A DNA stretch of 64,000 bases from Candidatus Latescibacterota bacterium (GCA_965203355.1 OZ241889.1:1664001-1728000); one strand, 5' to 3'. Counted from the stretch's first letter, positions 47,520 to 57,825 are shown. Notes: generated from the sequence alone by a model not told the origin. Program-made: numbers and translations.

Positions 47520-47702
47520 CGAACTAGCCCCCTGATCCAGCAATTCCCGTGCGAATGTACCCACGAGGGGCGGTCGGCGTGATGACCCCGGCGCACCCGC
47601 AGCGCCGCTTGTTGACCGCGCTAAAAGCGGCATTGACCAAGAGGTCGCGCTGCGCTGGGAAAGGTCGCAGCCGGTCTCAGAACTGATATAAGGAAGGTAC
47701 CC

Positions 47703-48758
47703 ATGCCCACCAACAGCTCCTACGCATTGCGCGCCGTTCCCGGCTTGTACGCCAGCAAGCCGGGCATCCAAGTCGCCGTCCAGACCTCGCACAAAGCCAG
47801 CGACGAGGACCTGCAATTCTTCCAACAACTCGGCGTCGAATGGGTCATGCTTGGGATTGACGACCCGGCGTTGCACAGCGTCGAACACTACAAGCAGTTC
47901 GCGGCGCGCTTTGCCGCCTATGGCTTACAGATATATCGCATCGCCAATCACGCGGTCCACAACGTCCCGGAGATTACGCTCAATCTGCCCGGTCGCGACG
48001 AAAAAGTCGAAGAACTGATTCGGTTCATCCGCGACCTGGGTGCCGCTGGCATCCGCTACCACACGTACGCCCACATGGGCAACGGCATCTGGAGTACCGG
48101 CCGCACCACGCGCCGCGGCGGCATGAGCGCACGAACCCTCGACATCAAAAACGCCACAGGTCGCTGGGGTAGCGAAACCTTTGCCGGCGACTTGACGCAC
48201 GATCGCGCCTATACAGAAGACGAGTTGTGGGCAAACTACGAGTACATGATCCGCAAGGTGGCTCCCGTCGCCGAGGAAGCTGGGGTCTATATCGGCATCC
48301 ATCCTGACGACCCGCCGGTCTATGCGCTAGGCGGAATACCGCGCTGCATCTTCGGCAACTTCGCTGGATACAAGCGGGCGCTGGACCTCGCCGACAGCCC
48401 CAATATCGGCGTCTGTCTGTGCGTCGGCTGCTGGTTGGAGGGTGGCAAGCAGGGCATGGGGGCGTCGGTCGAAGAGGCGATATACTACTTTGGTGCGCGC
48501 AAAAAGCTCTTCAAAATTCACTTCCGCAATGTCTCCAATCCCATGCCCGATCCGTGGACCGAAACCCTAATGGACGACGGCTATCAGGACATGCACCGCG
48601 TGATGCAGGCTCTACGCGCTGTCGAGTTCGATGGAGCCATCATCCCCGACCACATTCCCGATATGCTCGGCGGAAGTCGCGTGGGCACCGCGTACTCCAT
48701 CGCCTACATGCGGGCGTTGGTGCAAGCGGTCAACAACGAAAGCGGCGGTCCGGCCTAG
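47703..48758 (+). CDS. uxuA: mannonate dehydratase family protein
   Basis: LWANYEY..PVAEEAGV..HPDDPP, HFRNV, IPDHIP, IAYMRAL. Confidence 0.82.
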   Translation: MPTNSSYALRAVPGLYASKPGIQVAVQTSHKASDEDLQFFQQLGVEWVMLGIDDPALHSVEHYKQFAARFAAYGLQIYRIANHAVHNVPEITLNLPGRDEKVEELIRFIRDLGAAGIRYHTYAHMGNGIWSTGRTTRRGGMSARTLDIKNATGRWGSETFAGDLTHDRAYTEDELWANYEYMIRKVAPVAEEAGVYIGIHPDDPPVYALGGIPRCIFGNFAGYKRALDLADSPNIGVCLCVGCWLEGGKQGMGASVEEAIYYFGARKKLFKIHFRNVSNPMPDPWTETLMDDGYQDMHRVMQALRAVEFDGAIIPDHIPDMLGGSRVGTAYSIAYMRALVQAVNNESGGPA

Positions 48759-48770
48759 CCGTGCGGCGCG

Positions 48771-48799
48771 TTGACTTTGCGCGCAATTGCCCCTAATAT
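48771..48799 (+). promoter_or_regulatory. promoter for tRNA-Arg/tRNA-His
   Basis: TTGACT-17 bp-TAATAT. Confidence 0.65.
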
Positions 48800-48834
48800 C
48801 TTTGAGTGCCTCGCAGCCTCTTTGGTTTGGCGAT

Positions 48835-48911
48835 GTGCCCATAGCTCAGTTGGATAGAGCATCTGCCTTCTAAGCAGACGGTCGTAGGTTCGAGTCCTAC
48901 TGGGCACACCA
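48835..48911 (+). tRNA. tRNA-Arg(TCT)
   Basis: GTGCCCA acceptor stem, CTTCTAA loop, CCA end. Confidence 0.95.
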
Positions 48912-48931
48912 TGCAGTCCTCAAGACCTAGT

Positions 48932-49009
48932 GGTGGGTGTAGCTCAGTTGGTTAGAGCGCCAGGTTGTGGCCCTGGAGGGCGCGGGTTCAACTCCCGTCA
49001 TCCACCCCA
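48932..49009 (+). tRNA. tRNA-His(GTG)
   Basis: G-1, TTGTGGC loop, C discriminator, CCA end. Confidence 0.95.
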
Positions 49010-49030
49010 TCTTTCGCCATGTAGTCGCCC

Positions 49031-49519
49031 TTGGCCGATCCCGCCAAAATCATTACCCGCGACCAGTTGCTCGCCATCCGTAGTCAATTAAAAGAAGCGC
49101 GGCAGACCTTCGTCTTCACCAATGGATGTTTCGACTTGCTGCATCGCGGGCACGTCGAATACTTGCGCATGGCACGCGCCTTGGGCGATTGTCTCGCGGT
49201 GGGATTAAACGATGACGATGGAGTCCGCGCCCTCAAGGGGCGGGGTCGCCCCTTGTGCCCGCAAGACGATCGCGCCGCCGTGTTGGCGGCCTTAGCCTGC
49301 GTTTCGCACGTGTGCATCTTTTCGGGTGAGAGCGTCGAGAGTCTGGTGGCTGTGCTTGCGCCCGATGTCTTGGTCAAGGGTGGCGATTATGTCCCGGCCG
49401 CCATTGTCGGCCGCGAACACGTCGAAACGCACGGCGGCCAGGTTTGCGCCCTGCCGCGGTGGCCAGGCCTTTCCACCACCCAATTAATTGAGCGTATCAA
49501 GGTGCTACCCAGCGCGTGA
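49031..49519 (+). CDS. rfaE2: D-glycero-beta-D-manno-heptose 1-phosphate adenylyltransferase (RfaE domain II)
   Basis: FTNGCFDLLHRGH, KGRGRP, PDVLVKGGDY, STT. Confidence 0.9.
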   Translation: MADPAKIITRDQLLAIRSQLKEARQTFVFTNGCFDLLHRGHVEYLRMARALGDCLAVGLNDDDGVRALKGRGRPLCPQDDRAAVLAALACVSHVCIFSGESVESLVAVLAPDVLVKGGDYVPAAIVGREHVETHGGQVCALPRWPGLSTTQLIERIKVLPSA

Positions 49520-49605
49520 CGCCCCTTGCTCCCATTTGGTTTGGGAGGGGGATTATGCTATATTTCGTCAACGATGATTCACTTGTGTTTCCGATTAAAA
49601 GGGCG

Positions 49606-50337
49606 ATGAAAAGCGCGAAAAGCGCACTGGCGTTGGTCTTGGGGCTTGGGGCTTGTGCTGCGCCGCCTGTGCCGCTGCCTGCCAAACAATCCCTCGTCCA
49701 GCGGGCCGAGGTCCAGCCAGAGGAAAGCGACGCATTTCAGTCTCTCGAACGCGCTGTTGCGGCTGCGTACGAGCGCGAACAAGCCATGGCCGAGCGCGTA
49801 CGCCAGCTAGAGGCATCCAACAATCAGTTGCGGCAAGCCCTCAGAACCCTCCAAAGCGAGAGCCGCGTCCTAAGTGCGCGACTGGATTCTTTGCCGCGCC
49901 CCGCCGCCAGCACTAGCCGCGGCGTTCCGCAGGTTGGGGCGACAGCCGACAGCCGCAAAAACGATGCGTTCAACATGTACCAAGGTGCGCTCTACTACTA
50001 TCGCCAAAAACAATACGACCGCGCCTTGGCCGAGTTTGACCGCTTGTTGCAGGAAACACCCATGAGCGAATGGTCTGATAACGCCCAATATTGGAAAGGC
50101 GAGTGCTACTACGGGCTGAACCAATACCAGCAGTCGCTGATCGAATTCACCAAGGTGTTTGCCTTCAGCAACACGGACAAAGCCGACGACTCCCAGCTAA
50201 AAATTGCCCGCTGTCACCTCGCTTTGGGCGCGCGCGACCGGGCGCTTGCGGCCTTGCGCAAGCTGGTCGATGAGTATCCAGACAGCGAATACGTGCCCGC
50301 GGCCCTCGAACAGATAAAACACCTCGGCGATCAATGA
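49606..50337 (+). CDS. CpoB/YbgF-like TPR lipoprotein
   Basis: Lipobox LGAC, coiled coil, DNAQYWKGECYY, EYPDS. Confidence 0.8.
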   Translation: MKSAKSALALVLGLGACAAPPVPLPAKQSLVQRAEVQPEESDAFQSLERAVAAAYEREQAMAERVRQLEASNNQLRQALRTLQSESRVLSARLDSLPRPAASTSRGVPQVGATADSRKNDAFNMYQGALYYYRQKQYDRALAEFDRLLQETPMSEWSDNAQYWKGECYYGLNQYQQSLIEFTKVFAFSNTDKADDSQLKIARCHLALGARDRALAALRKLVDEYPDSEYVPAALEQIKHLGDQ

Positions 50338-50957
50338 AAACGATCTCGCTGCGAATTTGTTATCGCCTTTGGGCCGCGCTGACGATCGGTGCCACCGCGT
50401 TGGCTGCCGTTCCTTTTCCCACCAATATGGACTTGTTGGTCGAGACCGTGGCGAGTGCGGTTGACGAGAGTTTGCGGCGCGTTGAAATGCCAGACGACGC
50501 TGCGTCGGCGCCCTTGTTGGTCGTGGCGCAGAGCAAGCACGACGCCAACTGGATGGTCGAACACCTATTGGCCAATCGGCTGTTGACGCGCGGCTTTAGC
50601 GTGACCTTGGATTCGACCGCGGTCCAACCGACGAGTATGCGCCTGTCCTACCGAGTGCTCGACTTGGGCATCTCCGCGTACTCGGGCCTGCGCGGTAGCG
50701 AGGTCAGTCGCCAAGGCCAGGTAACGCTCGCCCTTCGCTTGAGCGACGAGCGCGACGACGTGGTCCGCTGGCAGGACGAAATCACTCGTACGCAGCGCGA
50801 CCGGATCCCCAAAAAGCAGCTAGACCTACTCCAGCACGATCAATTCAAATTCGCCAAGACCGAGCTAGAGGAACAAACGTGGAGCAAGTTCGTCGAACCT
50901 GTGATTGTCTCCACCGTGCTCGGTGGGCTTATCTATTTGTTCTTTTCTAATCGCTAG
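50334..50957 (+). CDS. hypothetical membrane-anchored protein
   Basis: Signal peptide and C-terminal EP..hydrophobic helix. Overlaps the upstream gene (ATGA). Confidence 0.7.
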   Translation: MKTISLRICYRLWAALTIGATALAAVPFPTNMDLLVETVASAVDESLRRVEMPDDAASAPLLVVAQSKHDANWMVEHLLANRLLTRGFSVTLDSTAVQPTSMRLSYRVLDLGISAYSGLRGSEVSRQGQVTLALRLSDERDDVVRWQDEITRTQRDRIPKKQLDLLQHDQFKFAKTELEEQTWSKFVEPVIVSTVLGGLIYLFFSNR

Positions 50958-50959
50958 CT

Positions 50960-51706
50960 ATGAAATATCTCGCTTTCCCGCTCGCCCTGTGCATCGCCGC
51001 CTGCGCCAGTACGCCGCCCGAGAAACTCCAAGGCGCGGATTACTACTTTGAAAAAGGCCAAGAGGCCATGGAGAAAAATCGCTGCCTGGAGGCCTCCGAG
51101 CACTTCAAGCGTCTAGTCAGCAACTTTCCCGGCTCGCGCCGGGTGGCCGAAGCGCAGTTCCGCCTCGCCGAAGCGTACTTTTGCAGTCGCGATTGGGTCA
51201 ACGCCGCCTTTGAGTACCAGCGCATCGTCGATATTTACCCGTCTAGCGAGTGGGCGGTTGAGGCGCAATTCAAGATAGGCGAGTCGTACTTCAAGCAATT
51301 GCGCCGCCCCGAGCTGGACCAAAGGGAAACCTTTGAGGCGCTGACGGCTTTCCGCAATTTTGTAGATGAACACCCGGACTCGCCCTTGGCGGGACAGGCG
51401 CGGCAGCGCATTGTCGAGTGCCGGAGCCGCCTAGCGCAAAAGCAATACCTAAGTGGCCGCCTGTACCACAAACAAGGGCATCTCGACGCGGCCAAAATGA
51501 CCTACGAAGAGGTTTTGCGCGAGTACCCGGATGTCGGCGAGTGGTATTACACCACGCTTTTCCGCATGGGCGAAATCGCCCGCGAGCAAGGCGATGTGGA
51601 TTTAGCGGTGCGCTATTGGAAGGAAATACTGCAAGACAGCGGCGATCCAGAATTGGTGGAGGGTGTGCAAAAGCACCTGTCCGGGCTGGGCCAATCGCCG
51701 GGCTAA
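50960..51706 (+). CDS. bamD: outer membrane assembly lipoprotein BamD
   Basis: Lipobox IAAC, TPRs, ELDQRET..ALTAF, RLAQKQY..GRLY. Confidence 0.85.
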   Translation: MKYLAFPLALCIAACASTPPEKLQGADYYFEKGQEAMEKNRCLEASEHFKRLVSNFPGSRRVAEAQFRLAEAYFCSRDWVNAAFEYQRIVDIYPSSEWAVEAQFKIGESYFKQLRRPELDQRETFEALTAFRNFVDEHPDSPLAGQARQRIVECRSRLAQKQYLSGRLYHKQGHLDAAKMTYEEVLREYPDVGEWYYTTLFRMGEIAREQGDVDLAVRYWKEILQDSGDPELVEGVQKHLSGLGQSPG

Positions 51707-51708
51707 AA

Positions 51709-52296
51709 ATGCGGCGCATCGGCGTCATCGGCGGCAGCTTTGATCCCATCCACCACGGCCACCTGCTCTTGGCCCGCTTCGCCTTAGAGCAAATCCCCCT
51801 CGACGAAGTGCTCTTCATGCCAGCAGCCGATCAGCCGCTCAAGCAGGGTGCGCACGCGTCGGCCGAGGAGCGTTGGACCATGGTCGAACTAGCCGTGGCT
51901 GACTGCGCTGATTTTGCAGCCTCGCGCTTGGAGCTAGATCGCCCGGGCAAGTCCTATACCGTCGAAACCTTGCGCCTACTACACCAGCTTCATCCCCAGG
52001 CCGCGCTGTTTTTCATCATCGGCGCGGACAACATCGCCCAGCTCGACGCTTGGCACGATCTCGAGGGCATTTTGGCCCAGTGTACAGTGGTGGTGGGTGC
52101 GCGTCCGGGCGAGCTGGCGGGGAGCGACCCCAAGCTGCTGGCCCGTCTGCGCTTCATCGACACCCCACTCATCGAGCTGTCATCGACCGAGATTAGGACG
52201 CGCCGGGTTGCGGGTCTGTCCATCCGCTACATGGTGCCCGCAGCGGTCGAGGCCCACATACTTGCGAAAGGATTGTACGCCGCCCCGTGTTCATGA
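51709..52296 (+). CDS. nadD: nicotinate-nucleotide adenylyltransferase
   Basis: GGSFDPIHHGH, SYTVETL, FIIGAD, SSTEIR. Confidence 0.95.
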   Translation: MRRIGVIGGSFDPIHHGHLLLARFALEQIPLDEVLFMPAADQPLKQGAHASAEERWTMVELAVADCADFAASRLELDRPGKSYTVETLRLLHQLHPQAALFFIIGADNIAQLDAWHDLEGILAQCTVVVGARPGELAGSDPKLLARLRFIDTPLIELSSTEIRTRRVAGLSIRYMVPAAVEAHILAKGLYAAPCS

Positions 52297-53461
52297 CGCA
52301 TCTAGAATGTTCCCGGACGGGTGTGCACTACGACGCCGACGTGTTGCAGAACCTGTCGGAGGTCGGTGCGCCCCTCCTCGCCCGCTACGACTTGGACCGG
52401 GCCGGCCGGGCGTTGACCCGCGCCGCACTCAGCACCCGCCCACCGACGATGTGGCGCTACCGAGAAGTCATGCCCATCCGCACGCCGCCGGAAATCGTCT
52501 CGCTCGGCGAGGGCTGGACCCCGCTGCACTGCGCCGACCGCTTGGGCCGCTGGGCGGGCTTTGCCCAGCTCTACGTCAAGGACGAATCGCCCAATCCCAC
52601 TGGCTCCTTTAAGGCGCGCGGTCTCTCGGCTGCCGTCACTTGTGCCCGGGTGCGCGGCGCGAAAAAGCTGGCCATCCCCACCGCGGGCAATGCCGGTGGT
52701 GCGCTGGCGGCTTACGCGGCTGCTTGTGGCCTACCGGCGATTGTCTTCATGCCCCGCGACACGCCGCTGGCCTTTGTCGCCGAGTGCCGGTCTTGCGGGG
52801 CTGAGATCGAACTGGTTGACGGGCTAATTAGCGATTGCGGTCGCCTCGTCGGCGCGCGCAAGGAAGCCGAGGGGTGGTTTGAGGTCTCGACTCTGAAGGA
52901 GCCGTACCGCATTGAGGGCAAGAAAACGCTGGGCTACGAGCTGGCCGAGCAGATGGAATGGTCCTGCCCGACGTGGTGATTTACCCCACGGGCGGGGGGA
53001 CGGGGCTGATCGGGATGTGGAAGGCATTTGCCGAGATGGAGCAACTCGGCTGGATTGGCCCGCACCGGCCGCGGATGATCTCGGTGCAGGCCGAGGGCTG
53101 TGCGCCGATTGTGCGGGCTTTTGCCCGCGGCGATGAATCCGCCCAAGCGTGGGAAGACGCGCACACCGTGGCCTCGGGCCTGCGCGTCCCCAGTGCGGTC
53201 GGCGACTTTCTCATGTTGGAGGTGCTGCGGGAAAGCGGCGGCACGGCTGTGGCCGTCAGCGACGAGGAGTTGATCGCGCACTCGCACGGCATGGCGGCCC
53301 ACGCGGGCATTTTCCCCGCACCCGAGGGCGGGGCCACGTTAGCGGCCCTAATCAAGCTCAAGGAGGAAGGACTCGTGGCCGCGGACGAGCGCGTGGTGCT
53401 GTTCAATACCGGGTCGGGCTACAAGTACTTGGAGGCTCTGGCCGAGGGGTTCGCACCTTGA
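52287..53461 (+). pseudogene. thrC: threonine synthase split by a 1-nt frameshift near 52962
   Basis: ORF1 carries NPTGSFKARG and TAGNAG. ORF2 continues LPDVVIYPTGGGTG...PEGGA. The junction reads TGG TC CTG CCC GAC. Confidence 0.85.
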
Positions 53462-53486
53462 CGAGGGCGCGGGAGGCGTCTATTTT
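53458..53486 (+). promoter_or_regulatory. promoter for tRNA-Arg(ACG)
   Basis: TTGACG-17 bp-TATTTT. Confidence 0.55.
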
Positions 53487-53525
53487 ATAACGCTTTATTG
53501 CGGTCCCACCGGACCGCTTGCTGAT

Positions 53526-53602
53526 GCACCCATAGCTCAATTGGATAGAGCACCTGACTACGGATCAGAAGGTTCGGGGTTCGAGTCCCTGTGGGTGCGC
53601 CA
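53526..53602 (+). tRNA. tRNA-Arg(ACG)
   Basis: GCACCCA acceptor stem, CTACGGA loop, CCA end. Confidence 0.95.
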
Positions 53603-53607
53603 TTTCC

Positions 53608-53649
53608 AAAAGCCCCCGTGCCAAATTTTCCGGCACGGGGGCTTTTCTT
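53608..53649 (+). terminator. bidirectional intrinsic terminator
   Basis: AAAAGCCCCCGTGCC / GGCACGGGGGCTTTT. Confidence 0.85.
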
Positions 53650-53709
53650 GGCAAGCGACTGCGCCGCCCCAATCGCGGCATTTCCACCGGCGATACTTTA
53701 CCATAACCG

Positions 53710-55092
53710 TCAGACAATCTCCACGCCCCAGAAGCCCAACATGGGCAAGAATCGCTCCATGTCCGCTGGCACGGTCGCTGGATTTTTGCCGTAGCCGCCG
53801 TGGACCCTCGCCGCCCCTTGCAAGGGGCGCTCCAAGACCAGTTCGACGCGGTGATCTTGGGGATAGATCACCGCTGTGACTGGCACCTCGCCAGCCGCAT
53901 CCTCGACCCGGAAGCTATTGGCCGCTAGGTCGATGCTGTCCATGCGGCTCTCGACGGCAGCAAACGCCAGCTCGACGCGGCCCTCTCGCCGCCGGGCCGC
54001 CGCTAAATCCGGTGCCTGCCAAGCTACGGCCCGCCCATAGACCAGCCCCAAAGCCGCCTGCGCCAACCGCTCGCCCAAGAGCATGTTGCCAGCGGGACTG
54101 GTGTGGATCAGATCCGCAAGCGGCAAGTCGAGTGCGGGCACCACGCCTACGCCCGGCACTTGTCGCGCCACTTGCCGCTGGGCCTCGCGCACCTGGCTCC
54201 AGCGCCGATCGGCATCCGGATCGGCGGGTTGGTACACGCGATTTAGCTGCACGGTGAGTACCGGTAACTCCGCGTCGGCAAGGGCCTCCCGCCAAGCGGC
54301 GACTGCTTGCTGGAAACGCTGCGCGTAACGGGTCGCGTCCGCGTCGGTCCCGGCATCGCTTTCCCCTTGGTACCACACAATTCCCCGCACCTTTCCCCCG
54401 ACCTTGTCCACGCACTGCACCATATTGTCGAACAGGTCCGCCGCGCCAGCCTCGCCGGGATTCCAGCGAGTGAGCGGAGAGCCGCCCAACGCCGTCTGGA
54501 CCAAACCCACCGGGTGCGCGAGCATCCTTTTGAGCGTGCGGCCAAATTGCAGGTAGGGCGAGTGCCCGAGGTTGGCGGCCTCGCGGTTCACTGGGTGTTG
54601 GGTATGGGTCGATTCGTTCATCGGATGCGCCGCCAGTGCCCAGTGCTCGCTGTTCCTGAACAGGTGGACTCCCAATTCTACTGGATCCTCGTACGGCCCG
54701 CGTCCGTAGCCGGCCGAATTGCTCTGCCCGGCAATCACCCACAAATCGCCTATTCCCAAAAAGTGCCGCATATCCCCGCGCGGCGACCATTCTCCAGCCG
54801 GATTGTCCGTCGTCCGCAACCGCGTCTCCAGCCGGTAAAGCCCGCCTGCGGGTATGTGTTCCAAAGCACCTTTCCAAGTACCATCCTCGGCTGTTTGCAC
54901 CGCCTGCCAGTCCAAATGGGCCGCAACCGCTACCCCGGTATCCTCCCACACCAAGCGCACCTCCACTTGTCCAGAAGTTTCGAACTTCCACCGGCCTGCT
55001 AGCTCAATCTTTCCTTCCCCACGCTCGTCCTGCTGGGCGATCTGCCAGTCCGCTGGCCCTTGTTCAATGATTGCACCGATTTGCTCTGCCAT
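53710..55092 (-). CDS. sialate O-acetylesterase (SASA/SGNH) family protein
   Basis: GDLWVIAGQSN, WYQGESD, DLIH. Confidence 0.85.
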   Translation of the reverse strand: MAEQIGAIIEQGPADWQIAQQDERGEGKIELAGRWKFETSGQVEVRLVWEDTGVAVAAHLDWQAVQTAEDGTWKGALEHIPAGGLYRLETRLRTTDNPAGEWSPRGDMRHFLGIGDLWVIAGQSNSAGYGRGPYEDPVELGVHLFRNSEHWALAAHPMNESTHTQHPVNREAANLGHSPYLQFGRTLKRMLAHPVGLVQTALGGSPLTRWNPGEAGAADLFDNMVQCVDKVGGKVRGIVWYQGESDAGTDADATRYAQRFQQAVAAWREALADAELPVLTVQLNRVYQPADPDADRRWSQVREAQRQVARQVPGVGVVPALDLPLADLIHTSPAGNMLLGERLAQAALGLVYGRAVAWQAPDLAAARRREGRVELAFAAVESRMDSIDLAANSFRVEDAAGEVPVTAVIYPQDHRVELVLERPLQGAARVHGGYGKNPATVPADMERFLPMLGFWGVEIV

Positions 55093-55218
55093 TCGACCTC
55101 TTTTCGCTGAGAAACGCGCCTTCGCCAGCCCCTAATTTGCCCAATGATCCGCTGCCCGTGCAAGTTTCCCCCAATTCGCTTGGCTCCTCGTGGATTGCCG
55201 ACGATTGCGGTCCTATCC

Positions 55219-55668
55219 TCACTCCTCGGGTCGCCTGATGCGGGCTACTAGCTTCATCAGGGCGAGTCGCTCAAAATCGCGCGGGTCGTCGGTGCGAATT
55301 AGAAAATCCCCCTCCACGCGGCGCGTTTCCCCGGCCTGGAGGACGACCGGCTGTCCAAGCGGTATAAACGCGTCGATTAGAAATTCATCTTGATCGAAAA
55401 ACCGCAAGTCGTAGCGCACCCACACCGTGGTTTCGCCGATATTGCGAAATACGGCCGCAAAGGCTCCCTCGAATTCCGCTATGGTCCCGAATCCCGGCTC
55501 GGGCAAAAACGGCCACCAAGTCAAGCTGTCGATCGACACGCTGCCCGCCAATCCCGCATCCTCGACAAACGCTACCTCGCTGCGCCGGGCTTGTACTGCG
55601 CCGCTTGGTCCGTCCGCTGTAGCAAAGCATCCGCCTAGCAAAAGTACTAGGGCGATTCCCATGCTCAT
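55219..55668 (-). CDS. hypothetical lipoprotein
   Basis: Lipobox LGGC and an Ig-like RN..VRYDLRFFD segment. Confidence 0.65.
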   Translation of the reverse strand: MSMGIALVLLLGGCFATADGPSGAVQARRSEVAFVEDAGLAGSVSIDSLTWWPFLPEPGFGTIAEFEGAFAAVFRNIGETTVWVRYDLRFFDQDEFLIDAFIPLGQPVVLQAGETRRVEGDFLIRTDDPRDFERLALMKLVARIRRPEE

Positions 55669-55728
55669 GGCTTGATCCTAATGCTCGGTTTGCGTCTGTG
55701 TTTCTTCGTGGTGTTCTTTAATAATGCT

Positions 55729-57825
55729 ATGAAAAAAAACAAGTTAATCCAGTGCCTAAAGCTAATCCTGATCGCCGCAACGGCGCACGCCGACGATTCC
55801 ACACCCCGCTACGAAATGCCCCCCATCGACATCACGGCGACGCGTGCCCCCCGCGCGGGATTTGACCTGCCGCTCGCCGCGGCCGTGGTCGCGGATGTCG
55901 GGCGCGCCCGGCCCGGGCTCTCGCTGGCCGAGTCGCTGCGTCCGGTGCCCGGGCTGTTTATCGCCAACCGCCACAACCTTTCCCAAGGCGACCGGCTCAG
56001 TGTGCGCGGGTTAGGGGCGCGGGCGGCTTTTGGCGTCCGCGGGGTCAAGGTCTTGCTCGACGGCATCCCTCTGACCATGCCCGACGGTCAGAGCCAGCTC
56101 AACAACCTCGACTTGGGGTCGGCCGGCCGCATCGAGATTCTGCGCGGCCCTAGCGCTTCGCTATACGGCAATGCGGGCGGCGGCGTACTCGCGGCCCATA
56201 CCCAAGCGTCGGCAGCGGTTGCTTGGCGCGTGGAGCCGCGCTTGATCGTCGGTAGCAACGGTCTGTTCCGCGCACAGACGAGCCTTGCGGGGCGCGCGGA
56301 GAACACCCATGCGTTCGCCAGCTTGTACGACTTGCACAGCGAGGGCTACCGCGACCACGCCGACGCCCGCGCCCGCGGTCTCAACGCACGAGTCGGCCAC
56401 GCCCTCACCCCCCATACTGAGTTGACGCTCCTGCTGCATTGGTACGATGCCCCGTACTTGTTCAATCCGAGTTCACTGAATGCGGACGTGGCCCGAGATG
56501 CGCCGCGCAGTGCGCGTGGGTTTGTGGTCGGGCAGGGGGCATCCAAGCAGGTGCGTCAAGGTCAAGGCGGCATTCGTCTTGAATATCGCCCGCCACACGC
56601 GCCATACCACCGGGCGTCGAGCCTCGTGTTGTACGGCGTTGACCGCGCGCTCAAAAATCCCATTCCGGGCCGCATTGTCGAGCTGGACCGCCGCGCTGGT
56701 GGCCTGCGTACTGAGCACCAGTTTGCTTGGGCGCGTACGCGCTTGGTGACCGGCCTCGACTTGGACTTCCAGCGCGACGACCGCCGCGAGTTCATCAACG
56801 AGGGCTTGCCCGAGGGCGAGCGGGTGGACGACGAGCGCGTCTTCGAGCGGGTGCAATACGGCGCGGAGCAGGTGGATCAGGAGGAACAGGTACAGAGCTT
56901 CGGCCCCTTTGTCTCCTTGGAGCAGGACTTGGGTGATGCGCTGACGGCGACCGTCGGCGGCCGCTACGACCGCTATCGCTTTGCTGTGGACGACCAGTCG
57001 CGCGCCATGGATCAGTTCAGTCCGATGGTGGGCGTGGTGTACCGCCTCGATCCCTTTTCGCGCTGGTACGCCCATGTTGCCACGGCTTTTCAGACGCCTA
57101 CCACCTCTGAGTTGGGTAATCGGCCCAGCGGCGAGGGGGGCTTCAACCCGGAGCTAGGCCCTGAGCGGGTCCTCGGATTGGAGACGGGCTTGCGCCGCCA
57201 CGTGCGCCGGGCGCACTTGGACTTGGAGGTGGCCCTGTACCAACTCCAGATTGCCGACGCGCTGATTCCCTTTCAAATCGAGAGCGAAGACAGCGAGGAG
57301 ATTTACTTCCGCAACGCGGGCCAAGCGCGCAATCGGGGGTTGGAATTTTCGCTGTCGGCGGTGCCGCATCCTCGGCTGCGAGCCACCTTCGCCTATACTT
57401 TTGGCGACTATGTTTTCGCGGACTACGAGGTTGAGGCCGGGGACGAACTTGTTCAGCTTGCCGGCAACGAGGTGCCGGGTGTACCGCGCCATCGGCTCTT
57501 CGCCGCGCTGAGCTACGAGAGTCCACAGGGCCTGTTTACCGAGGTTGAGTTAGAGCGGGTTGGCCGCTACTGGGCCAACGATTTCAACGGCCCGCCGCCC
57601 GGCCGTGAGGCCCCGCCCACCGAGTTTTTCAACCGTGCGTATCTACGGGTTGATCTGCGTTTGGGGATTGGCTATCGCGCCGTGCGGTCCTTTGTCGCGG
57701 TCGAGAACCTGTTTGCCGCCCAATACAACGGCTCGGTGGTTCCCAATGCCTTTGGCGGGCGCTTCTTTGAACCGGCTGCGGGCCGCACTTGGTGCTTGGG
57801 GATTAGTGCTGAGGTTGGTCCCTAA
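55729..57825 (+). CDS. TonB-dependent receptor, YncD/PqqU-like
   Basis: ITATR TonB box region, RGLGARAAFGVRG..DGIPLTMPDGQSQ, RGPSASLYGN, GRFFEPAAGR. Confidence 0.85.
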   Translation: MKKNKLIQCLKLILIAATAHADDSTPRYEMPPIDITATRAPRAGFDLPLAAAVVADVGRARPGLSLAESLRPVPGLFIANRHNLSQGDRLSVRGLGARAAFGVRGVKVLLDGIPLTMPDGQSQLNNLDLGSAGRIEILRGPSASLYGNAGGGVLAAHTQASAAVAWRVEPRLIVGSNGLFRAQTSLAGRAENTHAFASLYDLHSEGYRDHADARARGLNARVGHALTPHTELTLLLHWYDAPYLFNPSSLNADVARDAPRSARGFVVGQGASKQVRQGQGGIRLEYRPPHAPYHRASSLVLYGVDRALKNPIPGRIVELDRRAGGLRTEHQFAWARTRLVTGLDLDFQRDDRREFINEGLPEGERVDDERVFERVQYGAEQVDQEEQVQSFGPFVSLEQDLGDALTATVGGRYDRYRFAVDDQSRAMDQFSPMVGVVYRLDPFSRWYAHVATAFQTPTTSELGNRPSGEGGFNPELGPERVLGLETGLRRHVRRAHLDLEVALYQLQIADALIPFQIESEDSEEIYFRNAGQARNRGLEFSLSAVPHPRLRATFAYTFGDYVFADYEVEAGDELVQLAGNEVPGVPRHRLFAALSYESPQGLFTEVELERVGRYWANDFNGPPPGREAPPTEFFNRAYLRVDLRLGIGYRAVRSFVAVENLFAAQYNGSVVPNAFGGRFFEPAAGRTWCLGISAEVGP

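Noticed and set aside
52977-52979. Selenocysteine or readthrough at the thrC TGA
   Set aside because: Homology continues in a different frame before the TGA, so it is a frameshift.
47343-53649. Genomic island at the tRNA genes
   Set aside because: No duplicated tRNA 3' ends or integrase seen, and the flanking genes are core.
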